From the NCBI GenBank assembly GCA_030295235.1, contig AP026129.1, forward strand, positions 496,001 through 560,000: a DNA stretch of 64,000 bases, given 5' to 3'. This document shows, one piece after another, positions 27,635-39,382 of the stretch. Position numbers and translations under genes: made by a program. The notes under the pieces were generated by a model. The model saw only the letters and a list, made by a program, of their open reading frames with translations. It ran no database searches and had not been told where the DNA came from. This DNA comes from Fistulifera solaris. Its lineage: Eukaryota. Position 1 is the stretch's first letter. Every line of letters starts with the position of its first letter.

Positions 27635-29899
27635 TTACATCTTATCGAACCCTTCTTCCTCAACTAGCTGAATTACTCCATCTCTTACAGACGCGATTCT
27701 ACACAAACTATGGACCGGCAGATCAAAGCCAGATAGCGATTGTCTGCCCGATTCATAGACCTTCTCCAAAAGAACGCCTACTCCAACAGCAGTTGCACCG
27801 GACTCATAAACAATACGTAGCAAAGCTTCCTGCACTGCACCACTGGATAAGAAGTCGTCAATGATCAAGACACGATCGTCTTCATCGAGGTGAGACTTTG
27901 CAACCAAGAGCTCGCGATTCTTCCCAACTGTCTTACTGCTATACCCAGCTTGATATGTATCTGCCATGACAACATTTCTCTCCTTGCGCGCGTACACCAC
28001 CGGAACTTGTAGATATTTAGCCAATGGGATGGCTACAACAAGACCAGTCGTTGCTACCGTCAGAATTTTGTTCGGCTTTTGAGAAACAAACCGTTGGGAA
28101 AGCTCTTTAGCACAGTCGTCCATGAGATTGACATCTACCATGGAATCCATGAATGAGGACACGTCCACAATATCGTTCGGCAAAACCCGTCCCTCCTTCA
28201 GCACGCGATCTCGAAGCTTCACACGAGCAGTCCCATAGCCTTTTAGACTTTCTTCCATTCGTCCTTGAATCCACTTTTCATACTCCAAACCAAACGCTAG
28301 CTCTAGCGTTTTGACCATTCTCATTCACGGCAATAGACACCGGGATAAAAGCACGCGTAGAATCGGCAAACACAAGGTCAACGTCACAAACACCGTACGT
28401 GAAAACTTCCATCTCGCCATCGTAGTAGCACATGCAGGTCCTGAACCGCGTCACCCGAGACGGCTCGGACACGGATCGAAGTGCTTCGCACATGTACTCG
28501 ACGTGCATGCCGACGTCATTAAAACGATACCCAGACATGACGCGCGTATTACGAATAGCCGAGTTCCGGCTTATCAAGGGAGATGCAGCGTTACCATTCT
28601 GAAAATCGGGGACTGGCTCAATTTCAAAAGATGTTCGACTTGCAATACAAGGTAGCCCCGTTACTTCGAACACCTTTCGCGCTTTAAATGAAGCAACATC
28701 TTCAATAGAGAAAAATCCATCCTCTGTACAGCCATCTTGAAAATCGCCGAAGTTATCTGCGAACTGTACGCCGTAATTCCGAAAAGTACCGACGAGGTTT
28801 TTGAAACACACGTTATCAATAGCGGAGACCCACATGCGATCAAATCCTTCCGTGGCATCCGGAGGTCGCTCAAAAAAGGCTTTTGCCTTCGGGTTGTTCG
28901 CAGCAGTCAATAATCTTCTGCTCGATAGTCTCAACTGAGATATTCGCTTCAAATATTCCGTTTCATCTTCCTCGTTGTGTTCTTTAGCATTCTCCATCGA
29001 CATATTATCCGCTTCGAATAAAAACTCGCGAGCCAGTTTCTTTCTATCCAACAATATAGATTTCTTCCTCTGGTCTTCCAACTTTTCGTTTTGATCTTTG
29101 GTTTGTGCCCAATGATCCCAGGGTTCATCCGAGACCATCCAGGTGTTGTCGTCGTCGAAATCGTCATGATCTTCGCTCGCCTCCCACTCTTCCAGCTGCT
29201 CATCCAATGGCTTTGCACCGTTTTCAAATTCAAAAAAGTCATCGTTTTGTGTCATGGCAGCGAGCAATTCATCACTCAGCCAGTTGTCTTCGACGGCATA
29301 CGCCGCGTACTCGGCCAGTGTCGCCTCAACGGTTTTGATATTCATCGGAGCCGCGTCGGCACCGTTGGTAGGCGCTTCCATGCCCATACCAAACGCTGCA
29401 TTGGCCTGCGCCAAGGACCGTGTATTGCTCCGACTCACCGTGGGTGGACTCAAAGTCCTACTTCGCTGTTGGTTCGCCAGCGTTTGCAAGTCCTCCATCA
29501 CATTACTGGTCGTCATCCCGGGCGTTTCGGCCTCCGCAAGTAGTCTGTTTCGTTCCATTTCTTGCCAAAACACTTGAAACGCATCACAAGGACCCAAGTC
29601 AATTTTATTAGTTCATATGATCCAGGGCTTCGAATATTAAATTATAAAGAACTGAGAAACTTACCATCGTCGGGAGATGCATCCGCCTCGACTGCCTCAT
29701 ACCACTGATCCGGATCTTCACCATCATTTCGTATCCTTCGCTTCTTGTATAATTCGGTTTTCGATGAATAATATCGTTGATTTTGTTTGCAAAATCTGGA
29801 AGAAGACTGCCATGCTTGCACGTCACAAGAAAGGTACAGGACAGCAAGTAGAAGAATCCGATTGCGCCGACAAAAGGCTACGTCGATTTGATTACTCAT
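27635..29899 (-). CDS. xpt: plastid-targeted xanthine phosphoribosyltransferase with a long N-terminal extension containing a Ham1/ITPase-like domain
   Basis: C-terminal domain: VDVSSFMDSMVD, KILTVATTG, VYARK, PRPP motif VLIIDDFLSSG, LLEKVYESGR. Intron 29573-29664 is in frame. One extra base at ~28322. Signal peptide plus QAW. Confidence 0.85.
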
Positions 29900-30157
29900 T
29901 CCTCTTTATAAAATTGCGTTTCCTTTGTGATGCACGTGCTAAACACGATGAGCTTCAATGCTACCTGGTACTGGTATTATTGTTGTTCTCGTCGAGATGA
30001 TTCGTCGGTTGTCATGCGTACAAGTACATGGTACCTGGTACTCTAGAGAGTAGGTGTGTGCTGGTTGCGTCACTTGTTCAATCGCGACTTGACAGTTGCA
30101 GTCACGTGCTACCTGGTACCAGTCAAGGTAGAATAGAAAAACAGTTATGTAACTCTT

Positions 30158-30546
30158 TACCTTTTTTGCCATTTGATGCACTGAAGAATTGTCAAATCTC
30201 TGCAATACGAATGGCCAACTTGGTCGAAACTGTCGGTGGTCAAATAGAGAGCGATTTTTCACCAATTTGCAAACTATAAAAGGCTTGGGAGCAAGATCAA
30301 CGGTCATGCACGACTAATGTCAATCATCTTGACACCAGCTGTCTTGACACGATGCTTCCCCCCATTAAAGTCTACTTATTACTCCTGTGTTTGGTGCAAA
30401 GGATGTTTGTTCTCTCGTCATTACCTTAGTTTTACCGTACACTGGTTTTCCACATAAATACTCCATGTCATAGCGCTCGACAGGAAGTTTTCGCTATAGA
30501 TTGGACACCTCTTCAGTCTTCAGTGCATCAAATGGCAAACAAGGTA
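30158..30546. mobile_element. nested ~390-bp MITE (TA-flanked, Tc1/mariner-like)
   Basis: TACCTTTTTTGCCATTTGATGCACTGAAGA (30158-30187) matches the reverse complement of 30517-30546 at 29/30 positions. TA lies at both outer ends. Confidence 0.65.
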
Positions 30547-30841
30547 CTTGTACCGCCAGAAATGGCAAAAACTCATTTTTGCCACTTTTTGAGCTCATAA
30601 CCGATATTTTTGCACCCACTAGTGAAGGGTTCAACGACACTGCATGATTAATGTCACGTGTGATCGCTGTGTGGTTTTAGTCACGTCAAAAACTTCATTT
30701 TTTCTCATGCATCATGACACACTGTGGTTGTCATTCATGCACTTGATGTGCTTCTACCACTTCAACTCCATCTCCTTTTCCTTTCTTCAATTGAAGCTAC
30801 AGCAGTCCATTTCTCCTATGATCATAAGGAAATCGGATGTG

Positions 30842-31370
30842 TGCAATAGTCGGAAGTCTTGCAATAGTCGGAAGTCTTGCAATAGTCGGAAGTCTTGCAA
30901 TAGTCGGAAGTCTTGCAATAGTCGGAAGTCTTGCAATAGTCGGAAGTCTTGCAATAGTCAGAAGTCTTGCAATAGTCGGAAGTCTTGCAATAGTCGGAAG
31001 TCTTGCAATAGTCGGAAGTCTTGCAATAGTCAGAAGTCTTGCAATAGTCGGAAGTCTTGCAATAGTCGGAAGTCATGCAATAGTCGGAAGTCATGCAATA
31101 GTCGGAAGTCTTGCAATAGTCGGAAGTCATGCAATAGTCGGAAGTCATGCAATAGTTAGAAGTCTTGCAATAGTCGGAAGTCTTGCAATAGTCGGAAGTC
31201 ATGCAATAGTCGGAAGTCTTGCAATAGTCGGAAGTCTTGCAATAGTCGGAAGTCTTGCAATAGTCGGAAGTCATGCAATAGTTGGAAGTCTTGCAATAGT
31301 CGGAAGTCATGCAATAGTTGGAAGTCTTGCAATAGTCGGAAGTCTTGCAATAGTCGGAAGTCTTGCAATA
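30842..31370. repeat. 18-bp minisatellite (GCAATAGTCGGAAGTCTT), about 29 copies
   Basis: Directly visible head-to-tail array with no spacers. Variants occur only at the CpG and at TCTT>TCAT. Confidence 0.98.
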
Positions 31371-33402
31371 CCGTAACACTTGCAGGAACGTTGGAAGCTG
31401 TGTTTCTTTTGGCCTTCAAAGCTTTCACTTTGTACTTTAGTGCGTCCACGAAGCTTAGATGCTTCAACATCAATGCCAGTAGCCTGAAGACTCGTCAAAG
31501 ACATGGCAATGAGCCCACAGCTGGCTTTCTCACTTTGCTGCTTCTCGACGATATCCTTAGCTGCAAGCTCTACCACCCATTTCATGCGCGGGTGTCAAGT
31601 GAGGCGCCATTATAAACAATACAATGAAATGTAACACAGACGAGGCAGAGCAACAAACAACAAACATTGTTGGAAAGGGAAAAACGCAAATGTCGCGTCG
31701 TTGGCATTTCAGTTTTGGCGCGGAAAAATTTTACTGTAGAGATTTTCGTGTCATTCAGACAGGAAAGACGGTTTGTCTACAATTCCGCGCCTGTACGACT
31801 GACAGACACAGGGTAATTTTTTCTCGACGAAAAAACGCGCCTCTTCTAGTTTCATTAAATCATAACTCAACGATGAGATGAGCAACTAGAAAAAACCGTG
31901 GTGATTTAAAAACCTTATTTTGTCAACAATTCAAATAGTCCGTTGCTTTCGACAAGTGATCCAATATGTAGCAAAAATAGGGCCTTTCGAAAAATTTAGA
32001 CCTGTGAAGGTGTAAAAGTCATGCCAAGGTGCAAAAAACATTTTTAACTTGTAAAGAGCTACTACGTATATTACTGTTTTTCTATTCTACCTTGACTGGT
32101 CTAAAGAGCATATTGACAAGACCTGGTGTGGCAACATTATCGCCGAAATCCATTTGACTCAGTCAGCTGTAATGATGCTACCCTGGTAATAAGCTACTTT
32201 TAAATGGCAATTCTAGGAAACCGACGGAGTGTAACGATTGCAGATTCGTATTTGGCTAGCGACTTGCGGTAGAAAAAATGCAATCCGCACAATGCATCCG
32301 AAAAATCGAGACGCAAAATCGAGAGGGTCGTTGTTATGTCATCCGTCATCGCAATCGAATCATCACCATTGACAGCTTGTGGCAAGGATCATTAGAAAAA
32401 GGACTTCACCAGCTAGCCAAAGAAATCAATAAATAAGGTTTTGACTGCTGCAAACTCCAGTTGACAGTTTCAGCTACTGTGCCAATATTCAATTATTCGC
32501 ACGTGGATCCAGTGACAGCGGCGGCCGTCGTAGCGCATCTCAATCGCGCTTCGACTTAGTGAATTAATATTGTTCTGAAGGGGAACCAAGAAACAGATTA
32601 ACAAAGCAAATTTTCGGCCGAACAAGGGTTTATATTAGCGGAAGCATTGATCACTATGATTTGAAGGAGGGTAAAGGTCAAAGAGCCTCTTCCATCATAG
32701 CCCCATGCAACAGAACAAAATTACTTTCTCAGATGTGAACGGGATACAGAAACAGATGCACGCCTTCTTTATTGGAACCAAAGACGAAATAGCAGAAGAA
32801 GACAAGAGCGTTGAAGAGCAATAGATTCAACTGAACAATGGGGGTCTGCTACAAAACAGAGAAAGCGACACTCTCTGAGCTTGTCCTCTTCAAATATTCT
32901 TTGTATTGTTCACGTTTAGATACAACATTTTCTGTATTTGCTATCTTCTTTTTAATTCGTTCTTTTCTTTCCGTTAAAATAGTGTGTGCGACATGCTTTA
33001 ACAAGATTTACAACTAAGATCATGTGTTAATCCTGTCCCACATTTCCATCTAACAGCAACTCCGTATGATATGGTAAGAAAATCCCATCTGAACACTTAC
33101 ACCTTTTTGAACTTTTTACGTTTCGAACAAACTTTGAGCTAATAGCGTAGAGATTACGGTACAGTACCGTACCTAGCTACCATGAGGTTCATGTGCACCT
33201 CAAAAGGAAAATTTGAAAGTATTGTCTTTTGTGTACGAGCGCGCATTTCAAAAAAGTCCGCGAAAAAGGCGGGAGAACCGGATGCAAGGACCCCGTCTAA
33301 AAAAACACGCGATGGCAAAAAATTCAATGAGCCTATCCCTCAAAGTAGTAGTACCGGTTGACGGGGGGGGGGGGGTGTATGCTTCCATTATTTGGGCCCT
33401 AC

Positions 33403-33426
33403 GGTACCGGTACCGGTACCGGTACC
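33403..33426. repeat. palindromic (GGTACC)n microsatellite next to a poly-G run
   Basis: GGTACCGGTACCGGTACCGGTACC, with a G run at 33363-33375. Confidence 0.9.
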
Positions 33427-34014
33427 TCAAAACGCCGCGATGTGCACCAATGTGAGACACTATGAGACATTTATCTGTACTTTTCGAATAATACTAACCA
33501 CGAAACAAGACCCACAGCCAACGAACGGTCCAATTTCTATGCGCGAACAATTTATGACCCACGAAAAGATCCGATGACCTTTGTGACTCTTGCATCTTGC
33601 ACGCAAGCAACGGAAGATACGAAGATACCCCCGTACACTTGGAGGATAGACAAGTGTCGTGAAGAAACCGACAAAAGACTTTTGTCTTTGTGCCCTGTTG
33701 CCTGTGATCTGAGCCGGAGCACACGAAGGAGATGAGATAGTAGCAAGAAGCGCGACACAACAGTCTCTTGACCTCTGCAACCAAAAGCGGCCAAGGCTGG
33801 GCATTGAGCAGCACCAAATAATAAAAGAGTGAGTTAAAGGCATTGTTAGCTGGTCGAACATGATAAAGGGCCCACTTTTGGAAGCAAGAAGAGTAAACAT
33901 CTCGTTTACAGAATGGCTCGTTTAATTTTATCGGCAAGAATTGTGATCTGCCAGCTTGCGTTCTAACCTCTATCATTTCCTTTCCCTTTCCTTTCTTCGA
34001 ATCGACAGAATAGC

Positions 34015-34587
34015 ATGGCAGAAATTTCGATTAGCAAAGAACTTTTGAGCGAAGTCGAGCAAGGCGTGAAGGAGCTCAAACACGTGGCATCGAAATCGAC
34101 CCATGACGTATTGCAAGAAGTGCGAGCTGGTCACGGTGGTAAGGACAAACTCCATCACGTGCTGCCCAAATCTGGCCAAGATCTTTTGCAGGAGGTGCGC
34201 GCCGTACATGGTGGCGAGGAAAAGCTCAAGAAATCGGGGCCTCCGGTTGAGGTTCAGTCGTTGCTGCAGGAAGTTCGCGCAGAAGTTCGCCAAAGTCATT
34301 TGACTCCCACCGAAATGATCAATCCTGCAATTATTGGAGAGGTCTTGGCAGCCGCCGGCGAAGACGTCAAAGCCGTACCAGCGATTGCCAAGCAGTCGTT
34401 GTCTCATGGTGTAAAGAACCTTAAGCATGGCAAAACCGTCGAAAAACAGTCCTTGCTGACAGAAGTCCGAAAGGAACATGGTGGGAAGGACCACTTGAAG
34501 CCAACTATCCCCAAAAATACTCAGGCTCTTCTCAGTGAGGTGAGGACTTCGCAGAGAAAGCTAATGGAGGAGGCTGCCGAAGAGTAA
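34015..34587 (+). CDS. tandem WH2/beta-thymosin-like (actobindin-like) repeat protein, putative actin binder
   Basis: Six to seven repeats of LLxEVRxxxxxxxLK/HxV/T, for example LLSEVEQGVKELKHV and LLTEVRKEHGGKDHLKPT. Confidence 0.7.
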   Translation: MAEISISKELLSEVEQGVKELKHVASKSTHDVLQEVRAGHGGKDKLHHVLPKSGQDLLQEVRAVHGGEEKLKKSGPPVEVQSLLQEVRAEVRQSHLTPTEMINPAIIGEVLAAAGEDVKAVPAIAKQSLSHGVKNLKHGKTVEKQSLLTEVRKEHGGKDHLKPTIPKNTQALLSEVRTSQRKLMEEAAEE

Positions 34588-35072
34588 ACTTTTCGTCGAC
34601 TAAAAACTTTAGCCATAGTGTTTCGTTGAGAAACAAGAGCCATAGTTCAACCACTTGAGTTCTACTTTAGCTAAGCGGAAGAAGGACCTTGTGTTAGGTC
34701 TTTAGCTCTCTACAGACTGATGATGGTATGTACTCGTTATCTAGGGGGAGTCATGAGTCGTCTTGAGTCATGAGGTGTGGAAACTGTTCTCTCTCATAAA
34801 GTGTAGTCTTGGAGTTGATTTGACGACGACGACGACGACTCAATTATGATGCAGTCCCGGAAAGCCAACCTAACTTATTACAGAGTAATGCGGATCGCAT
34901 TTTGCAAATTTGTGTTTCGTTGTGATGTTTCGAGTGGACAGTGGTTATCTCCTTGCAAAGTCCCTCTCGAAGTTAATTAAATGTAACTGAATGATCAATT
35001 TTTGGTTCTGTCCGCTGTTGTCAATCCGAAAGTAAAATGTCAATTGTCCGTACGACCTTGCAAGGAAAACGA

Positions 35073-36095
35073 ATGCTTTCCTACAGAGGGAAGAGACGAT
35101 TGCGGAGAAACGCTGATCTGCTTTCAATTGGTTTCCTATCACTCTTTCTCTTACTGGTCTTATGGATGATAGCAAAGATTATTTATACCGTCTCTTTCCA
35201 GCAGATAAGGTCAGAGGTCTTATTCCTACAAAAGAAAAGACCTACCGTTTCCTCAAGTTCCTGTCGATATTTTTCCGTTGGCATTGTCCGATGTAACACT
35301 CCTTCTTTTCGCCAAGACATTTTTCCCACTTTGTTTACCCGACAACAGCATGCAACTGGAAAAGACGCGGCAGGTGACTGTCAGGTACCCAAGGATGAAT
35401 ACAAAAATGTTGTTCGGATACTGACGACACCAACTGTTACTGGTCAAGCGGCTGCGCACCTGCTGGAGGAGTTTCTCCAGTATGATCCGCGTTGGGAGCT
35501 CAATACTCGAGCATTTGCCTCACGCTATCTTCCGGAAGGATGGATTGTGCATGTGGTAGTGCTCCCACCTCTCTTGGAAGCTATGGACCTACTCCTTCAT
35601 GTTCAGACGAAAGACGAAGAGAGGGAACGAGCATGGTTACAAGCCATCGAGTATACTATTCAGCGAGTACTGCAACATCATTGCGAATTCTCTTCGACGG
35701 TATCACAAAGCAAGAGAGCATTCATGTCGGTTAGCCTCAATGAGGTGGTGGGTTTCCCATCGGCTGCTATAAAATCTTTGTACGAGTTTCTGGAAATTCA
35801 GGAGAAGGCGCACAGCGTCTCTTCTTCAGCAGCTGCACTGACTGTTCTTGAACGGATTCAGTATGTTATCACGTGGTTAGAAACGAACGCAAAAATTTTG
35901 GATTATCGAGAATGGAATAGTAGGGTGCAACATGTCATCGAAGCCAGCACTCGTCATGTCTCAGAATCAAGCAACTGCAACTTCGTCTCAATGCCTCCGA
36001 ATGATCTGGCTAAGCGAGTTGATTCTGCCTTGATGGGAACTTTCGATTGCGAACAATACCCTTCCATAGGACTGTGTCATCCCTTGCAAAGCTAA
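35073..36095 (+). CDS. hypothetical type-II membrane protein
   Basis: Basic N-tail, single TM (LLSIGFLSLFLLLVLWMIA), ~290-aa luminal domain with cysteines. Confidence 0.65.
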   Translation: MLSYRGKRRLRRNADLLSIGFLSLFLLLVLWMIAKIIYTVSFQQIRSEVLFLQKKRPTVSSSSCRYFSVGIVRCNTPSFRQDIFPTLFTRQQHATGKDAAGDCQVPKDEYKNVVRILTTPTVTGQAAAHLLEEFLQYDPRWELNTRAFASRYLPEGWIVHVVVLPPLLEAMDLLLHVQTKDEERERAWLQAIEYTIQRVLQHHCEFSSTVSQSKRAFMSVSLNEVVGFPSAAIKSLYEFLEIQEKAHSVSSSAAALTVLERIQYVITWLETNAKILDYREWNSRVQHVIEASTRHVSESSNCNFVSMPPNDLAKRVDSALMGTFDCEQYPSIGLCHPLQS

Positions 36096-36231
36096 GATTA
36101 AGCCACAAGGGAATACAACATGAGGGTGAGCTAACTGCCGTGCCGACGGTGCTGCACCGGTTTTTCCTCAAGTGCGATTTTAAGTGTTCAGGTCAATATA
36201 TAAATCCAGAAAAAATGTACTACATGTTCTA

Positions 36232-37924
36232 TTATTCACTAGCCGTGCGTTGTTCGAGCTCAAATACTTTTTTGGTTTCTCGTAGAAAGGCGACCACTTC
36301 GAATATTTCTGGGCGCAACTCCGGTGTTTGGTGCCACATCCGTTCCATGATCTCCACAAGCCGGCGTTCCCCATAGCTATGCGTTCGGTATCTGGGGTCT
36401 ACATAAGGTCTTTCTCCTGCTTTGACTTTGGTGTTGATGGTGGTGTAGCGACTGTACTCATAAAATGGCCACAGACCCGTGAGTAAGGTATAAATATTGT
36501 TTCCCATCGCGTACACATCAATTTTCTCATCCTGTGGGGTCCCAAAGAATTCTTCTGGTGCTCGATACTGCAGAAAAGGATATCGTGAGTGTCAAGCTTG
36601 CTCCATTTGCAATAATATGACCTATTCTATGAATGTACTCACCATTCCGCCCCACTTTCCGCGCTTGAGTTTGCAGAATTCATTTGTTTCGACATTCCAG
36701 TCCATCAAATCTGCATTGTTGAAATCATTGAGTTTCACTGTTCCCTGCATAGACCATAACCACTGTACCGGGTGGATGTCGCCGTTCACCATGACTCCAC
36801 CTTCGAATCCGTGCATGTCGGCAATCGATTCCGCCATGGCCAACGCAATGTCAATTTTCTCTTGCAAAGTAAAGTTATTGTTACAAGGAACCTCCGGAAG
36901 GGCGTTCAGTGACTTTTCATCGCCATGCCCCGAGTTTGGAATGATTTGATTGGAGATTTCGGCCGCCATTATCTCTGATAAGATACTGGTGCCGCAGTGA
37001 CCGTAAATATCAACAATGCGCGGAGAAGCGGACAATCGTTCCATAATTATAGCTTCTCTCTGAATTTTAAATAAGGATTCTACGTGAACCAAATGCGGCC
37101 AGTCATCGTCGTCGTGCGGTATTTTTAATTGCTTGAAAACAAAGTAAGTCTCGTTGCCTCTGTTTGGGGAATGATCCAGCATTTTCCACGCCGCTCGATA
37201 ATACCCCTTGCTGTGAAAAAGAAATCAATAGAGTACTTTCATTAGCAAATCTCAGCCATACCGAAGCTGTTTCTTAGCCAATCGCTCCAACTTACCCCAA
37301 TAGTTTATCGTTACCCCAGTCTCGTTGCAATTCGTGAAATTTATTGCAAACAGGAAATATCTTGTTTTTCCAGTTCGTGGGCTGACAAGAGTGGTATTCT
37401 TCAATGTGCTCATCAAAGCCAGAAGCCCAGTGTTCATCATCTTCATCAATGTCGTACAAGAATCGCCGTCTCTCCTTGTTGTAATGATCTTCGTCATTTT
37501 GGTGAATCCGTCGACGAAAAGCGACGCGCTGTCCTTCATGATACTGTTTCTCCCAAGAACGATATGGATCAATGTCGCCTCTATCGGGTGTCCTGTACGT
37601 ATAGTGACTTCGTGGTATCACAACGCCTGACGAAGATTTGTCAAGATTCGTGAAAAGCAAATGGACGGAGGGTATAGAACTCGGTCGTCTTCGAAGTGTA
37701 AAGCCAACAGATCCTCCGTTCACCCAAAGTAGCAAAAGCATAACGAATATAAGCACGAGAAGGAATTGAGGCGTGTCGGTATTGAAATGACGAAACGGCG
37801 ATCGTCGCTTTGATTTCCTTTGGTGTTTGCAATTATCGTCATCCTCCACATGCGTTGCGATAGAATTCATCGACAAAGGACTCGGCGCACTTCGTTCTTG
37901 CGAATTGCGCTTACGCTGTATCAT
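36232..37924 (-). CDS. membrane-anchored secretory-pathway protein kinase (PKDCC/VLK-like)
   Basis: N-terminal TM. Intron 37211-37295 gives LGKGYYRAAW. Motifs FVFK, NGDIHPVQW, KLNDFN. Intron 36568-36642 gives YRAPEEF. Then KIDVYAMG. Confidence 0.85.
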
Positions 37925-39382
37925 ATTGATGTGCAGGGGTTAAACGTGGTGTGTATTATTACGATTCTTTTTGCTTGGCTATTTGAAAAACGAATGAAGC
38001 TCTCGATGTTCCATCACAATTAAATCTTCATCCGTTACGTTTTCTGTCCAATGTTTCCTACTACGTATCTACGAAGTACGTAGTTATAATTAGCAATCTA
38101 AAACAACTTTATCACTGTAGTGGTTTGTGTATGGTGGAACCCATAAGAGGGACATGAGGCATTTGATCTCATTAAGGATTTTCAGCTTTCAAGCCAACCT
38201 TAATGAATTGCATGAAAATTACTCTCCTTATGGACTTTCCGCTAGACAAAAGACAAACTGCCATGGTAAAAGTGTGAAGTTTGTACCTGGTATCGCGATA
38301 CCGGATACTGGTACTATTCCTAATTTTTTAATCGTCAGAATCTAATCTTGACATTCGACTGAATTTTCCATTTTTCATTCACATATATTTCAGTCTGACA
38401 CTTCTCTGAGTAAGCTTTGGTTCTAACTCTCTAGCCTTAGTGCGCTAGTAGAGGGCCAGTCCCGAGCCCGTTTCCCAATGAGGGGGATTCCGTTTTGGCA
38501 TTCCTTCTCTTGGATTTCGCAGAAGCATACTAACTGACCTGACCAGGGAAAGACTCATGCGCGCCCGGATGAAGCCACAGATCTCGGAGTATGGCTTGTT
38601 CCACTTCCGCTGAAGTTTTCTTGCAAGCTGTCTCGATGCTGAAATAGCCTGGTGTCGCTAATTTTTGCGATGTCGTTCGATCATGTAAAATCCGTAACAT
38701 TTTCCAAGGCGATAGCAAGGCAAAAAAATGCAAAACTTTTGGAGGCTCTCCTCTTTTCGACGAAACCGACTTCGTCGCCTCATTCGTTTCCCTTAAAACC
38801 GACGGAAGTATTAAGTACATTTTATCTTTACGCTATAACTTCATTATTATCATCCTTGATACCTAATAAGTCATGGGTCATGGCTGAAAACTCTTAGAAG
38901 GTGCACAACGCCTCTCTACAGTGTATTCCGGTCTGGATGGGCGAAGGAGAATCTTCCGCGAAAATTTGCCTCCGTATCTAAGCTCTTGTTTTTCGGGTAG
39001 AGAGTATCATATTTGTTAACATGAGTGAAGTCACCGAGTGGGACTGGTGGGGGTCTAAATCACGCTCGACACCATGCATTTGTAACATCTGTCGATTCTG
39101 TGGATGCTTCCGATCAACACCAGCCTCCGACAATAAACGCTACAATAGCACAGTCCCGAAACCGAAAATGCTCATACATCTGTAGGACGTCACACCTCCA
39201 CACAAGTACCGTACCTGGTACGCGATACGCGAAAGGGTTCGTGTTGTTTGAATTTCTCCGAAGAAGTCGCATGAAGCGGCCGAAGCCAAAACATCATCGC
39301 GCAATACAAAGCAAAAAGCCTTCCATTTCAGAATTTAGATACCTTTCTCATTTTTCCACAGCAAAATCAGCCAAGAAGCAAG

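Larger units (their letters stand above)
30118..32100. mobile_element. non-autonomous TIR element (~1.98 kb) carrying a minisatellite and a nested MITE
   Basis: Perfect 28-bp inverted repeat ACCAGTCAAGGTAGAATAGAAAAACAGT at 30118-30145 and its reverse complement at 32073-32100, followed on both arms by CTCTTTAC. TSD is not clean (TA on the left, TC on the right). Confidence 0.75.

Noticed and set aside
30842..31370. CRISPR array or telomeric repeat
   Set aside because: The units are head-to-tail with no spacers and do not resemble TTAGGG-type repeats.
30644..31473. Repeat proteins (CNSRKS)n, (AIVGSL)n, (YCKTSD)n, (LLQDFR)n
   Set aside because: These are automatic translations of an 18-bp unit that lacks stops in most frames. 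The variation follows CpG mutability, not codon structure.
32200..32900. Possible decayed coding sequence right of the TIR element
   Set aside because: It has protein-like patches, but the frames I read contain many stops and no identifiable family.
38530..38820. 96-aa minus-strand ORF
   Set aside because: No motif, no splice signals and no other support.
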